Source: Clostridia bacterium (GTDB lineage Bacteria; Bacillota; Clostridia; Oscillospirales; QAMX01). Taken from it: a DNA stretch of 36,568 nt. The notes below the pieces were generated by a model that was given only the letters and a program-made list of their open reading frames with translations, was not told where the DNA came from and did not search any database. This document shows positions 36,239-36,568 of this stretch, one piece after another. Positions within the stretch are counted from its first letter, which is position 1. Each line of letters opens with the position of its first letter. Both the position numbers and the translations under genes were made by a program. The DNA lies in assembly GCA_017556885.1 (NCBI GenBank), contig JAFYLV010000157.1, positions 1 to 36,568 of the forward strand, in the 5' to 3' direction.

Positions 36239-36568
36239 TTAGATCTCGGCGAAGTACTTGATGGTGCGGACCATCTGAGAAACGTAGGAGTTCTCGTTGT
36301 CGTACCAGGACACGACCTGAACCTGGGTCTTGCCGTCGGGCAGCTTAGCAACCATGGTCTGGGTAGCATCGAACAGGGAGCCGAAGGTCATACCGATGAT
36401 GTCGGAGGAGACGATCTCGTCCTCGGTGTAGCCGTAGGACTCGGTAGCAGCAGCCTTCATGGCAGCGTTGATCTCAGCGACAGTGACTTCCTTGGCAACA
36501 ACAGCATTCTGGATGGTGGTGGAGCCGGTGGGAGTGAGGATACGCTGGGCAGCGCCGATCAGCTTGCC
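36239..36568 (-). CDS. gap: Glyceraldehyde-3-phosphate dehydrogenase, C-terminal 109 codons (5' end lies outside the window)
   Basis: The frame is open to the window edge. It reads ...GKLIGAAQRILTPTGSTT...VTVAEINAAMKAAATESYGYTEDEIVSSDIIG...VSWYDNENSYVSQMVRTIKYFAEI, a typical GAPDH C-terminus with the WYDNE motif. Confidence 0.9.
   Translation of the reverse strand, partial: GKLIGAAQRILTPTGSTTIQNAVVAKEVTVAEINAAMKAAATESYGYTEDEIVSSDIIGMTFGSLFDATQTMVAKLPDGKTQVQVVSWYDNENSYVSQMVRTIKYFAEI

Overview
This is a high-GC chromosomal segment, roughly 60% GC by eye. Its gene content and signals look like a Clostridia-type (Oscillospirales-like) anaerobe, although that taxon is an inference. I saw no rRNA, tRNA, CRISPR array, transposase, integrase or recognisable defence genes, so this is core housekeeping DNA rather than an accessory island.

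Gene order:
- Minus strand: groEL (partial) and groES behind a perfect CIRCE operator, a THUMP/UPF0020 RNA methyltransferase, and two tandem paralogous TIM-barrel glycoside-hydrolase-like genes.
- Plus strand: a long co-directional run of an lgt-like gene, a Big_2 secreted protein, prfA, sua5/tsaC, coaE, an M18 aminopeptidase, a ttcA-like gene, a Gfo/Idh/MocA oxidoreductase and yfcE.
- Minus strand: mgtC, then two paralogous histidine phosphatases bracketing a promoter, TPP riboswitch, terminator and ThiT-like ECF S-component cassette.
- Plus strand: an arginine operon argG-argC-argJ-argB-argD-argF-carA-carB with an ARG-box palindrome at its promoter, then uxaC, a VanW/G5 protein, a membrane protein, cysS and a metallophosphoesterase.
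- Minus strand: a convergent gap gene (partial).

Most interesting observations:
1. The arginine-operon carbamoyl-phosphate synthetase is doubly atypical. CarA has lost the glutaminase nucleophile Cys and the catalytic His. CarB is fused in frame, with no linker, to a full-length DapF-like diaminopimelate epimerase domain. That domain's first catalytic Cys is replaced by Ala, with a Cys displaced three residues downstream.
2. groEL carries an in-frame TAG at a conserved Lys position, with perfectly conserved sequence continuing after it.
3. Duplicated histidine phosphatases flank the thiamine riboswitch and transporter unit.

Many long minus- or plus-strand ORFs in the supplied track are antisense shadows of real genes and were rejected.
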